Of a stretch of DNA of 64,000 nucleotides, positions 47,946-57,934 are shown in pieces. The number at the start of each line of letters is the position of its first letter. Position 1 is the stretch's first letter. Position numbers and translations under genes: made by a program. Under the pieces are notes generated by a model. It saw only the letters and a program-made list of their open reading frames with translations, was not told where the DNA came from and made no database searches. Source of the stretch: an uncultured Bacilli bacterium (lineage in GTDB: Bacteria > Bacillota_I > Bacilli_A > RF39 > UBA660); contig CALVQH010000001.1 in the NCBI GenBank assembly GCA_944358115.1, positions 5,263-69,262 on the forward strand, in the 5' to 3' direction.

Positions 47946-48314
47946 ATGGATAAGTTAGGATATTCGAAGATAGAGATATTAGTTGTAATTGTATTATTAG
48001 GCATTGTAGCATTTATAACAATCAATAAAACATCATATGCTTTTGCAATTGATAAAAATGAAGCCGTAGATGAAGTTAAATATTTAATAGAGGTGCAAGC
48101 AGAAGATTATGCTTTGGCAAATACAACTCTTTTTGAGGAAACAAATACAACTTATATAAGTGTAGATGATTTAATTGAAGCAGGATACTTAATTGGTAAT
48201 GAAGATGGCTTATTAACCGATCCAACCGATTCTTCTAAAAACTTTAATGACAAAAAAGTAAAATTAGAGTATGATGCTTCAAATAATAATGTAACCGCAA
48301 CGGTTGTCGATTAA
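47946..48314 (+). CDS. Type IV pilin-like / competence pseudopilin-like protein
   Basis: Class III signal LG|YSKIEILVVIVLLGIVA with Glu at +5 of the mature N-terminus. Confidence 0.55.
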   Translation: MDKLGYSKIEILVVIVLLGIVAFITINKTSYAFAIDKNEAVDEVKYLIEVQAEDYALANTTLFEETNTTYISVDDLIEAGYLIGNEDGLLTDPTDSSKNFNDKKVKLEYDASNNNVTATVVD

Positions 48315-48336
48315 GCAAGAAAAACTTGCTTTTTTT
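48313..48336 (+). terminator. Rho-independent terminator
   Basis: gcaag-aaaaa-cttgc plus T7. Confidence 0.65.
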
Positions 48337-48384
48337 GAGTAATAAGAGTATAATACTTAGCGTATTAAAAAGGAGGAAAATTTA

Positions 48385-48966
48385 ATGGAAGAAAAAATAA
48401 GAAATTTAACTTTTGTAGTTATTTTAGGCTTTATTATCACTTTTATATTAATTATTGGCTTGTATTTTAGAGATGGTGGCAATACTAATTATGGTTCATC
48501 TAATAATGGTAGTAGTGGTAGTTCTTCAAGTGGAAGCTCTACTACTTCAACAGATTATGATGTAAGTGCTATGAATGAAGTAGATGTAGATGAAGCTTTA
48601 GCTTTATTTGATGAAAAAGGAACCCATGTATTATATATTGGCCGTAGTACTTGTTCCGTATGTGTTCAATTTGTACCAGTATTAAATGAGGTTCAAAAAG
48701 AGCTTAACTTCACAACGAACTACTTACCAGTAGAAACAAGTGCTACTAAAACATGGAGTGATTTCCAAGATGAATTAAAACCATTAACAGATAAATTAAC
48801 AATTGAAGCAACTGCAAATGGCAATAAAGGAACACTAGGAGAATTATTTATTACAAATGGATATACACCAGCTTTAGTTGTTATTAAAGACGGTGAAGTA
48901 GTAGAAGGCTTCTTTGGTTACCGTGATGCCGATACATTAACAGATATATTAGAAGAATACTTATAA
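48385..48966 (+). CDS. Membrane-anchored thioredoxin-like protein
   Basis: N-terminal TM, Ser-rich linker, CSVC (CxxC) within a thioredoxin-fold-like region. Confidence 0.5.
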   Translation: MEEKIRNLTFVVILGFIITFILIIGLYFRDGGNTNYGSSNNGSSGSSSSGSSTTSTDYDVSAMNEVDVDEALALFDEKGTHVLYIGRSTCSVCVQFVPVLNEVQKELNFTTNYLPVETSATKTWSDFQDELKPLTDKLTIEATANGNKGTLGELFITNGYTPALVVIKDGEVVEGFFGYRDADTLTDILEEYL

Positions 48967-48990
48967 TAGAGCAACAAGCTCTATTTTTTT
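48966..48990 (+). terminator. Rho-independent terminator
   Basis: atagagc-aacaa-gctctat plus T7. Confidence 0.7.
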
Positions 48991-49076
48991 GTGATCGTAT
49001 GATTGATGCTATATACATCTTATGATATAATCAAAATAAAAAGATAGAAGAATGTATAGAAAGGAATAAAAATTTT

Positions 49077-49412
49077 ATGCTAAATTTAGAAGTAATAGAT
49101 TTAAAGGAAAACGAACAAATTATAATAACTACAGATAATGTGATTGTATATGCCAAAGATAACCAATTTAATTTAGCAATGTGCATTACAAGTCAAAGAG
49201 TATTGCTATATCAAGATACTAATAAGCAACTTCCTAGATTTTGGCCGAATACCATAGGAATGCATAAGCCAAAATATGAATTAGTATATGAATTAGACAA
49301 AAGTAAGATAAAAAATTTTGAATATAAAAAAGGAATAAATTATTTAACAGATGAAAATGATAACATCTTAGAAATTTGTGGTGAAAATTTAGAAAAATAT
49401 TTATTTGAATAA
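49077..49412 (+). CDS. Hypothetical protein (111 aa)
   Basis: ORF only; possibly a bacterial PH-like fold (guess). Confidence 0.3.
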   Translation: MLNLEVIDLKENEQIIITTDNVIVYAKDNQFNLAMCITSQRVLLYQDTNKQLPRFWPNTIGMHKPKYELVYELDKSKIKNFEYKKGINYLTDENDNILEICGENLEKYLFE

Positions 49413-49523
49413 TAATTTTAATTCTTAAAATGAAAAAATATCTCGTTTTCTAAAGCACCTCCCTTAATTCGACAAATTATTAAAAAAGAATATGATATAA
49501 TTAGCACTTCAGGAGGGATTAAA

Positions 49524-50261
49524 ATGAGAACCAAAGAATTAGAAAATTTGAAACAAGAGTTTTTAAGAATTAAAAATATGGGGTATGTTAAAAGTACTAG
49601 ATCCGGTGTTACCGGAGTAGGCAAAACATTTGAAGATTTGCTGGGAAAAGAAGAAGATACAAAAGGAACTCCAGACTACCATGGCATTGAATTGAAAACA
49701 AAATTAGGATATAGTCAGTCTTATACAACACTCTTTAATTCTACGCCAGAGGGAGAATTGGAAACACAAAGACTATGTAAAGAATATGGCTATCCAGATA
49801 AAATTCTAAGGGATAAAAAAGTGTTAAATGTTTCAATTACTACAACACCAATTTTAGTAGCAAATCGATATTTTTTTAATTTAAAGGTAGATTACAATAT
49901 GAAAAAATTAATTTTAATAATTAAAAATAAATATGGTAAGATTTTAGAAAATAAAGTATACTGGAGTTTTGGAACATTAAAGGAAAAATTAAATACAAAA
50001 TTACAATATGTTGCATTAATTAATGCGTGGCCAACAACACGCAATAACGTAACATATTATAAATATTATAAAATTAATTTTTATAAATTAAAAACTTTTG
50101 AAAAATTTATAGAACTAATTGATAAAGGAATAATTCGTATAAGCTTAAAAATAGGAGTATACAGAACTGGAACCAAAAAAGGATTATACCATGATCGTGG
50201 AACAAGTTTTGAATTAAAAACTTTTGATTTTTATCAATTATTTGAACATATTTATATATGA
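49524..50261 (+). CDS. MvaI/BcnI-family (MutH-like) restriction endonuclease-like protein, apparently orphan
   Basis: N-terminal GVTGVGKTFEDLLGKEED...PDYHGIELKTK and C-terminal GLYHDRG resemble BcnI as recalled from memory. No adjacent methyltransferase. Confidence 0.45.
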   Translation: MRTKELENLKQEFLRIKNMGYVKSTRSGVTGVGKTFEDLLGKEEDTKGTPDYHGIELKTKLGYSQSYTTLFNSTPEGELETQRLCKEYGYPDKILRDKKVLNVSITTTPILVANRYFFNLKVDYNMKKLILIIKNKYGKILENKVYWSFGTLKEKLNTKLQYVALINAWPTTRNNVTYYKYYKINFYKLKTFEKFIELIDKGIIRISLKIGVYRTGTKKGLYHDRGTSFELKTFDFYQLFEHIYI

Positions 50262-50339
50262 TAATGCATTTTGTTTGGATCAAGGGGAATTCGCAGGCAT
50301 AAAAAAATCTCATACATAGATGAGATGTTTTTTCAAAAA

Positions 50340-50416
50340 TGGTCGGGAAGACAGGATTTGAACCTGCGACCCCTTGGTCCCAAACCAAGTGCACTACCAA
50401 ATTGTGCTACTTCCCG
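50340..50416 (-). tRNA. tRNA-Pro (anticodon UGG)
   Basis: CGGGAAGTAGCACAAT...anticodon loop TTTGGGA...CCA, read on the minus strand. Confidence 0.85.
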
Positions 50417-50424
50417 ATAATTAA

Positions 50425-50501
50425 TGGTGCGCCCTAAGGGAGTCGAACCCCTAACCTTTAGATCCGTAGTCTAACGCTCTATCCAATTGAGCTAAGGGCG
50501 C
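50425..50501 (-). tRNA. tRNA-Arg (anticodon ACG)
   Basis: GCGCCCTTAGCTCAATTGGATAGAGCGTTAGACTACGGATCTAAAGG...CCA closely matches Bacillus tRNA-Arg(ACG). Confidence 0.85.
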
Positions 50502-50612
50502 ATCTCCATTAGTTAGTGCACTTGTAAAATGCATTATCATTATATTATAATTATATGTAAAAATCAAGAGTTTTTGCATAAAAATCGGAAAAAATCAGAA
50601 AAAAGATAGAGA

Positions 50613-51056
50613 TTACTCAGCATCTCTATCTTTTCCTAATATTTTATCTATCGAATAATGATATTTTTTGGCTAACTCATAAAGAGTAGTAGTAAGAATT
50701 AAATTCTTAGCATTCTCATATCGATTCCAAGTTGGCTGATTAATATTTAGCTCATTAGAAATCTGTACTTGAGTTAAACCTTTCTTTAACCTAATTTTTT
50801 TCAAATTTTCACCAGTGACCTTTATTTTAATGTCTGGTTTTTGATTGGCATATTTCTTTTTGTTGTTAAAACCAACAACATAGTCAATAGAAACTCCAAA
50901 ATAATTGCAGAATTGATTTAATCTTTTTAATGGGATAGTATCAGTACCACATTCCCACATACTGTAGGAACCTTTAGATACGCCCATTACTTCTGCAATA
51001 TCTTTTTGTTTCAAACCAGCATCTTCCCTGATTTCCTTCATTCTTGGAAAATTCAT
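50613..51056 (-). CDS. Tandem-HTH XRE-family regulator (third paralog)
   Basis: Two HTH_XRE repeats (LKQKDIAEVMGVSKGSYSMWE and LTQVQISNELNINQPTWNRYE). ATG at 51056 with a GGTGATAGG RBS. Confidence 0.75.
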   Translation of the reverse strand: MNFPRMKEIREDAGLKQKDIAEVMGVSKGSYSMWECGTDTIPLKRLNQFCNYFGVSIDYVVGFNNKKKYANQKPDIKIKVTGENLKKIRLKKGLTQVQISNELNINQPTWNRYENAKNLILTTTLYELAKKYHYSIDKILGKDRDAE

Positions 51057-51174
51057 ACCTATCACCAGTAATAATTTTCTCAAAAAATACGTAATTATTA
51101 ACATTTTGGAGTTTATATGCATAGCGTTTTACAATAAACATGATATATGATAAAATTATGTTAGGTGATAGTAC

Positions 51175-51771
51175 ATGAATAAAGCGTTTTCTATCGAAAA
51201 TTTATTTGATGAATTAAAAGATAACATAGAATTAGATGACGATATAGATGCTTTATTTAAAATATTAAAAGAAATATTAAAAAGAAATCCTAAAAAAGGG
51301 ATAGAAGATTGGCTATACTTGATGAGCAAATATGATTTTTTTAAAATCCAAAGAGATATGAACGTATATCCTTTAACAAATACCTTTTTATTAGAAATCG
51401 CCAAAAAAAGAACACTAATCTTTGCTTTAAAACTAATAAATGACTTACCCATATCAAATCAGAAGATAATTCAAAAGCATTTCTTAAATATATACCATTC
51501 TCAAAGTGGCCTAAATCAGTATTTTAAAGAAGTAGCTTTTAAAAAAGAACAAACAGAGCTTTTGTCGGAAATTAAATATGTCTTAAGCGATAAATTAAAA
51601 AAAGAAAAACTATTTTTTGATGAAACAGACTTTTTGAAAAAGATCATCTTGATAGGGTTAGAGCAGCCCCAACCCAATATAAACTTTTTGTTAGAGCTTG
51701 CTGAATTACCTAAGGCCAAAAAAGAAAGAGCAATATTAAAAACATTATTAATTGATTATATCTTTAAATAA
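51175..51771 (+). CDS. Hypothetical protein (198 aa), divergent from the XRE regulator
   Basis: ORF only. Confidence 0.3.
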   Translation: MNKAFSIENLFDELKDNIELDDDIDALFKILKEILKRNPKKGIEDWLYLMSKYDFFKIQRDMNVYPLTNTFLLEIAKKRTLIFALKLINDLPISNQKIIQKHFLNIYHSQSGLNQYFKEVAFKKEQTELLSEIKYVLSDKLKKEKLFFDETDFLKKIILIGLEQPQPNINFLLELAELPKAKKERAILKTLLIDYIFK

Positions 51772-51799
51772 GAGTATAATAAAAGCAAGAGGTTTAATT

Positions 51800-52537
51800 A
51801 TGAAATATTTTTTAGCGGTTGATAAAGGGAAATCTTTTGATAGTGACAGTAATTTCCGAAAAATAGACTTAGGCAAAGATTTAGAACACGAAAATAATTT
51901 AAAAGCTTTATGTGATTTTACAGGTAGTTATCTTAATGAAAGAGAATTAAAGGAAGCCTTAAATGAAAGACATTTACTAGCAACAAATGAAATGCATTAT
52001 AATCTAGTGATTGGCTACAAAAAAGATTCTTATCGTTTTATTGCTGCTCCATATCAAAAAGAACATGAGTATCTCGATTGTAAAAAGTTAGAAGAAACAA
52101 TTCATCATTTTGCTCAAGACAAGGAAGCTTTACAAGTAATCATAAGCTACTATAGTAATTTTGGAAAAGTATATAATATTAAACCGGAACTATATTCTTT
52201 TAGAGTTTTTATATCAAATCCATATGAAGATTACAAATTTTATGATGTCATCAGAAGATTTGTTGATAAAGTATGTTATCGCATCGATCATGGAAAGAAA
52301 ACTTTAAACTTTCGAAGAATGTATGATTTGGCTATGCTAGTATCGAAATTAGTGCCTTCAAAAGTTGAAAAACAAGAAAAAGAAGTGCCAAATCAATCTA
52401 TCGCAGCATCAAAACCTCGGATGGATAGTGTCGTCTATCATGAATATGAAGAATTGCTATATCGTTTAGAGCAATTGTCTGAAAAAGAAAAAAATATGGC
52501 CGAAAATGAAATTCCAGGGCAAAGAAGATTATATTAA
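51800..52537 (+). CDS. Hypothetical protein (~246 aa)
   Basis: ORF with an AAGAGG RBS before ATG 51800. Confidence 0.3.
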   Translation: MKYFLAVDKGKSFDSDSNFRKIDLGKDLEHENNLKALCDFTGSYLNERELKEALNERHLLATNEMHYNLVIGYKKDSYRFIAAPYQKEHEYLDCKKLEETIHHFAQDKEALQVIISYYSNFGKVYNIKPELYSFRVFISNPYEDYKFYDVIRRFVDKVCYRIDHGKKTLNFRRMYDLAMLVSKLVPSKVEKQEKEVPNQSIAASKPRMDSVVYHEYEELLYRLEQLSEKEKNMAENEIPGQRRLY

Positions 52538-52625
52538 TTGTAAATTTTGTGTCAATAATTGGTAAAATTACTTCATAATTATGTAAATATTTAGTATGAT
52601 ATTAATGTAAAAGGGAGCGGTGTAT

Positions 52626-52823
52626 ATGTTATATCCATCAATCGATAAATTATTAAATATTGTAGATTCAAAGTATATTCTAGTTCATGTAGCATCACTT
52701 AGAAGTAAACAAATGCTAGAAAACAGACATTTTCAAATGAAAGAAAGCGAGTATGTCAATAAAAAAGAACTAGGAAGAGCTTTAGAAGAAATCGAAAAAG
52801 GATTAGTAAAAATAAAAAAATAA
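52626..52823 (+). CDS. rpoZ: DNA-directed RNA polymerase subunit omega
   Basis: LYPSIDKLLNIVDSKYILVHVASLRSKQM matches the RpoZ N-terminal consensus. Confidence 0.8.
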   Translation: MLYPSIDKLLNIVDSKYILVHVASLRSKQMLENRHFQMKESEYVNKKELGRALEEIEKGLVKIKK

Positions 52824-52883
52824 TTTTTTATGAAAAAAACTCTTGATTTTAGCTATCTCATATGATAAGATAGTTATGTTCTC

Positions 52884-52960
52884 TGGGGAATTAGCTCAGT
52901 TGGCTAGAGCATCACGCTTGCACCGTGAGGGTCGCGGGTTCGAGTCCCACATTCTCCACC
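52884..52960 (+). tRNA. tRNA-Ala (anticodon UGC)
   Basis: GGGGAAT acceptor with a G3:U70 pair, anticodon loop CTTGCAC, CCA end. Confidence 0.85.
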
Positions 52961-52973
52961 ATTTAGAATTTTA

Positions 52974-52994
52974 GCCCGTATTTACGGGTTTTTT
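52974..52994 (+). terminator. Rho-independent terminator after tRNA-Ala
   Basis: cccgta-tt-tacggg plus T8. Confidence 0.75.
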
Positions 52995-53019
52995 TAATAA
53001 AAAATTTTAGGAGGATAAA

Positions 53020-53979
53020 ATGCCAGCAAATAATTTTTCTTTTTCCAAAGAGAAATATAATATCCAAAACATGTCAATTGGAATTGCGCATAATACTTAT
53101 AAAGAGTTTTATCATGCCAGCGAAAAAGAACTATATGATATTGCCTCTATTACTAAACTTTTTACTTTAAAGCTGCTATATGATTTACAAGAAAATAAGA
53201 AATTAAATTTTCATGACAAAATAAAAAAATATGTAAGTACTCCATATTTACAAAATACTACAATTTTAGATTTAATCAAAATGAAAGATACATTAAGGAC
53301 ACCTAAAAAATTAAGTGATACCAAAGACAAAGAAGAATTCTTAGAAATCTTAATGAATGCCAGGATTATTAAAAAAGAGGTACCAGAATATAATGATATC
53401 GGCTTTTGTCTTTTAGGCATATTAATTGAAGAGGTAACAAACAAATCATTAACGACCAATTTTGAAGAATTATTTAAAGCACTTAATTTAAAAAATACGC
53501 ATATAAATCCCAATCAAACTTATAAAATATATGGAAATGGAGGTCATGGTTGTTTGCCTCATGATAAAAAGACAAGAGTAACAGGTGGCATCACCGGAGC
53601 TTCTGGTATATTTTCTAATGCGTATGACCTATTACAAGTGGGTAATTTGCTAATAGAAAAGAAGTTTTTTAAAGAAGAATTTTTAGAAGAAATTTTTAAA
53701 TATAACTTTGTTGATCATAAAATGCGCAATAGAACTTATGCTGGCCTTTATAAATATACAGAGGATTACAAATGTTATGTTCCAAAAAATTATTCTCGAT
53801 ATTCCCTTGCTCATCAAGGCTACACCGGTGCCACTTTGATTGTAGATTTAGAAAATAAGATCGTAAATGTATTATTATTTGATGCAATATTACCAAACAT
53901 CAATGAAAAAAGTTCTAAATTTTTTGAAGGCTATTATGAATTGCAAGAAATAATTGCAAATAAAACATTTCTTTTATAG
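53020..53979 (+). CDS. Serine hydrolase, beta-lactamase/PBP-like family
   Basis: SITK (SxxK) active-site motif near the N-terminus. Confidence 0.6.
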   Translation: MPANNFSFSKEKYNIQNMSIGIAHNTYKEFYHASEKELYDIASITKLFTLKLLYDLQENKKLNFHDKIKKYVSTPYLQNTTILDLIKMKDTLRTPKKLSDTKDKEEFLEILMNARIIKKEVPEYNDIGFCLLGILIEEVTNKSLTTNFEELFKALNLKNTHINPNQTYKIYGNGGHGCLPHDKKTRVTGGITGASGIFSNAYDLLQVGNLLIEKKFFKEEFLEEIFKYNFVDHKMRNRTYAGLYKYTEDYKCYVPKNYSRYSLAHQGYTGATLIVDLENKIVNVLLFDAILPNINEKSSKFFEGYYELQEIIANKTFLL

Positions 53980-54072
53980 GATACAAACAATTCTTATGAT
54001 AAAGTTGACAGAAAACCATAACTTGTTATGGTTTTTTCATATGTAATTTGTTATAATAAATAATAGGGTAGT

Positions 54073-56457
54073 GTGATGAACATGGAAAGAACATTAAAAA
54101 GAGAAGAACTAGAAAAAATAGATGCTTATTTTAGAGCGGCTAATTATTTAGCAGCAGGAGAACTTTATTTAAAAGAAAATCCTTTACTAAAAGAGCCTTT
54201 AAAATTGGAACACATCAAAAGAAAATTAGTTGGACATTGGGGAACTACTCCTGGCCAAAATTTTTGTTATGTCCATTTAAATCGGATAATCAAGAAAAAT
54301 AATATGGATATGATTTTTATCTCTGGTCCGGGACATGGCGGAGGAGCGGCTTATTCTAATGTTTACCTAGAAGGAACCTATAGTGAAATTTATCCTGAAA
54401 TATCGTATGATGAAGAAGGATTAAAAAAATTAATGAAACGCTTTAGTTTCCCAGGAGGTACTTCTAGTCATGTAGCTCCAGAAATGCCAGGAAGTATTAA
54501 TGAAGGTGGCGAACTAGGATATAGCTTATCCCATGCTTTTGGAGCTGTTTTAGATAATCCTAATCTTTGGGCTGCTTGCGTCGTAGGAGACGGGGAAGCG
54601 GAAACTGGGCCACTTGCTACCAGTTGGCAACTAAATAAATTTTTAAATCCCATCACCGATGGCGTCGTTCTTCCTATATTACATTTAAACGGTTATAAAA
54701 TTGCTAATCCTACCATTTTAGCCAGAATTAGTACCGAAGAATTAACCATGTATTTTGAAGGCTTAGGTTGGCGTCCTTATTTTGTAGAATATAAAACGGA
54801 AGCACAAATCCACGAAGATATGGCAAGCACTTTAGATGCTGTCGTAGAAGAAATAAAAAGAATAAAAGCCCATGCAAAAGAACAAAATGATACGACTAGA
54901 CCAATGTGGCCAATGATAATTTTGAAAACACCAAAAGGTTGGACAGGACCTAAAATTGTGGAAGAAAAAATTGTAGAAGGAACCTTCCGTGCACATCAAG
55001 TACCAGTTGCCGTCGACAAAGACCATGAACAAAATTTAAGTATTTTAGAAGAATGGCTAAAAAGTTATCGTCCATGGGAATTATTTGATGAATTTGGTAC
55101 GCTAAAAAAAGGCTTGCAAGAACTGATTCCTTCCAAAGAAAAAAGAATGGGAGCAAGCGTTTATGCAAATGGTGGCCTAATATTAAAGGAATTAAATATT
55201 CCTGATTATCAAAGTTACATGATTGATGTTCCAACTCCTGGCAAAATAAAAATGAGTGATATGACGATTTTAGGCGAATTTATTCGTGATATCGTCAAAT
55301 TAAATCCTCATAATTATCGTATTTTTGGCCCTGACGAAGCATTAAGTAATCGCTTAAGTCATGTATTTGAAGTAACCAATCGCAAATGGAATGGAGAGAC
55401 AATAAGGACAGATGAATTCTTAAATACCGATGGCGCTGTAATTGATAGTATTTTATCAGAACATGCTTGTGAAGGAATGTTAGAAGGATATCTATTAACA
55501 GGAAGACACGGTTTTATTCATACATATGAATCATTTAGTCGTATTATCGATTCGATGGTCTCTCAACATGCTAAATGGTTAAAAATTTGTAAAGAACTCC
55601 CATGGCGAGCTTCTATATCAAGCTTAAATATTATCTTATCAAGTCATGTTTGGCAGCAAGATCATAATGGCTATACTCATCAAGATCCCGGATTCCTAAA
55701 TCATATAGTAACCAAAAAACCAGAGATTGTTCGTATATATTTACCAATTGATACGAATACATTACTGTCTACTTTTGATCACATTAGTAAAACCAAAGAT
55801 TATATTAATGTTGTTGTAGCTAGCAAGCATCCTTCATTACAATGGCTAGATAAAAAAGAAGCAATGGAACATTGTAAAAAAGGGCTTGGCATTCTCGACT
55901 TTGCTAGCAACGATGAAGGCAATCCTGATATTATTTTAGCAAGTGCAGGAGATACGCCAAATCTAGAAATCCTTGCTGCCTCAGTACTACTTAGAAAAAA
56001 TATACCAAACCTAAAAATAAGAGTCGTAAACGTCATCGATTTAATGCGACTTGTATCTCATGAAGATCATCCTCATGGGCTTACCGATTTAGAATATGAT
56101 AAAATATTTACGAAAGATAAACCAATTATTTTTGCATTCCATGGGTATCCAAATTTAATTCATGAACTTACTTACAAACGAGCAAACAAAGATTTACATG
56201 TAAGAGGATACATAGAAGAAGGAGCCATTACAACAGCCTTTGATATGCGTGTATTAAATAAAATAGATCGCTATCATTTAGTAAAACTAGCAATCAAGCA
56301 TTTAAAAATGAATACGATTGAAGCGATTAAATTAAATGATTACTGTGATATTATGCTTGCTAAACACAAAAAATACATCAAAGAAAATGGCGTAGATATG
56401 GAAGAAATTACGAATTTTGAATTTGATTTTAAAGGAAGGGATCAATATGAAATATGA
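54073..56457 (+). CDS. xfp: Phosphoketolase (xylulose-5-P/fructose-6-P)
   Basis: EGGELGYSLSHAFGAVLDNP TPP-binding signature. 794 aa. Confidence 0.9.
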   Translation: MMNMERTLKREELEKIDAYFRAANYLAAGELYLKENPLLKEPLKLEHIKRKLVGHWGTTPGQNFCYVHLNRIIKKNNMDMIFISGPGHGGGAAYSNVYLEGTYSEIYPEISYDEEGLKKLMKRFSFPGGTSSHVAPEMPGSINEGGELGYSLSHAFGAVLDNPNLWAACVVGDGEAETGPLATSWQLNKFLNPITDGVVLPILHLNGYKIANPTILARISTEELTMYFEGLGWRPYFVEYKTEAQIHEDMASTLDAVVEEIKRIKAHAKEQNDTTRPMWPMIILKTPKGWTGPKIVEEKIVEGTFRAHQVPVAVDKDHEQNLSILEEWLKSYRPWELFDEFGTLKKGLQELIPSKEKRMGASVYANGGLILKELNIPDYQSYMIDVPTPGKIKMSDMTILGEFIRDIVKLNPHNYRIFGPDEALSNRLSHVFEVTNRKWNGETIRTDEFLNTDGAVIDSILSEHACEGMLEGYLLTGRHGFIHTYESFSRIIDSMVSQHAKWLKICKELPWRASISSLNIILSSHVWQQDHNGYTHQDPGFLNHIVTKKPEIVRIYLPIDTNTLLSTFDHISKTKDYINVVVASKHPSLQWLDKKEAMEHCKKGLGILDFASNDEGNPDIILASAGDTPNLEILAASVLLRKNIPNLKIRVVNVIDLMRLVSHEDHPHGLTDLEYDKIFTKDKPIIFAFHGYPNLIHELTYKRANKDLHVRGYIEEGAITTAFDMRVLNKIDRYHLVKLAIKHLKMNTIEAIKLNDYCDIMLAKHKKYIKENGVDMEEITNFEFDFKGRDQYEI

Positions 56458-57934
56458 TTATATTATTATAGGTGCTGGAATGGGTGGTTTAAGTGCCGGC
56501 CTAAATCTTGCTTATAATAATAAAAAAGTACTAATTTTAGAAAAGAATAGTTTACCAGGAGGATTAGTAACCACTTTTAAAAGAGGTCGCTTTGAATTTG
56601 ATGCATCACTATATGATTTAATGGATTATGGTAGTGAGGAACATATTGGTTCCTTACAAAGACTATTTAAAAAATACAATTTAGAAATAGATACCTTACC
56701 AATTCCCTATAACATTAGAATAAAAAGCATTGATGACAAATTAGATGAAGTAATGAAAGGGGAAATTGATGATTGGGTATTAAGATTAGAAGAACTACAT
56801 AGTGGATCCATGTCTTCTTTTCGCAGCTTACTACCACTATTAAAAGAAATTCATGAAGCTTTAGTAGCCCTAAAAAAAGGAAGAAACAATCTCGAAAAAG
56901 ATTTTCCTAATTTTATTAAATATGTTGATAAAAATGCTTATGATGCTTTAGTTGATTTAAATTTGCCAATCGATACCATTCATCTTTTAGGCTATATCTG
57001 GATTGAAATTGGTAGTCCGCTAAATAAATTAAACTTTATTGATTTTGCTGAATGCATGTACAAATACATTTTTAGAAGACCAGTTGCTTTACAAAACAAA
57101 AGCATTGATTTCACTTTAAAACTTGCCAAAAGGATAGAAGAACTAGGCGGAAAGATAAACTATCGTTCACTCGTGACAGAAATAAAAGATACGGAAGATG
57201 GAAAAGAAGTAATACTTAGTGATGGTACAAAATATCATGCTAAAGATGTTATTTGTAATTTATCAGAACGTTATGTATTAAAAGAATTAATAAAAGAAAA
57301 CATCCCCCAAGCAAATCAAAAAGAAAACGCTAGAACTCTATCTATGAATGGACTAGTAGTATATCTAGGTTTAAATAAATCTTATCAAGATCTAAAATTA
57401 TATAATTATCGTTATTATGAATTTCAAAATTTAAATAGCGTGGTAAATATGAAAAGTATGAAAAAATTCTATCATCATACTTTAGAAGCGGTTGTTCCTA
57501 ATATTGTAAATGAACAAGCAAGTCCTAAAAATACGACAATTTTAGTTCTAAAAACACTCTATTCTGGTGATGTATGGAATAGTGTAAATAAAGAAAATTA
57601 TTATCAAACCAAAGAAGAATTGGCAAATGCCTTAATTGAAGAGTTTGAATCTGCTTTTCATATCGATATTAAAGAATATATTGAAGAAATAGAAATAGCA
57701 TCACCAATTACTTTTGAACGTTATACCAATAATATTAACGGCTGTATGTTTGGACCAATGCGTCTAGGCTATGATAACAGTATTCATCGCTTGCTATCTT
57801 ACGAAGAAGAACGAATTCCTCATATTCATTTTGTGGGAGGATCTTCTTTATTTGGAAGCGGAGTTGACAATGCTTTTTATAGTGGTTATTATATAACTGA
57901 AAAATTATTAGAAGAAGAAAGAAGGAGTGAGTAA
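56447..57934 (+). CDS. FAD-dependent oxidoreductase, phytoene desaturase (CrtI)-like family
   Basis: YDYIIIGAGMGGLSAGLNLA...LILEKN..PGG dinucleotide-binding motif. Start overlaps the xfp stop. Confidence 0.6.
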   Translation: MKYDYIIIGAGMGGLSAGLNLAYNNKKVLILEKNSLPGGLVTTFKRGRFEFDASLYDLMDYGSEEHIGSLQRLFKKYNLEIDTLPIPYNIRIKSIDDKLDEVMKGEIDDWVLRLEELHSGSMSSFRSLLPLLKEIHEALVALKKGRNNLEKDFPNFIKYVDKNAYDALVDLNLPIDTIHLLGYIWIEIGSPLNKLNFIDFAECMYKYIFRRPVALQNKSIDFTLKLAKRIEELGGKINYRSLVTEIKDTEDGKEVILSDGTKYHAKDVICNLSERYVLKELIKENIPQANQKENARTLSMNGLVVYLGLNKSYQDLKLYNYRYYEFQNLNSVVNMKSMKKFYHHTLEAVVPNIVNEQASPKNTTILVLKTLYSGDVWNSVNKENYYQTKEELANALIEEFESAFHIDIKEYIEEIEIASPITFERYTNNINGCMFGPMRLGYDNSIHRLLSYEEERIPHIHFVGGSSLFGSGVDNAFYSGYYITEKLLEEERRSE

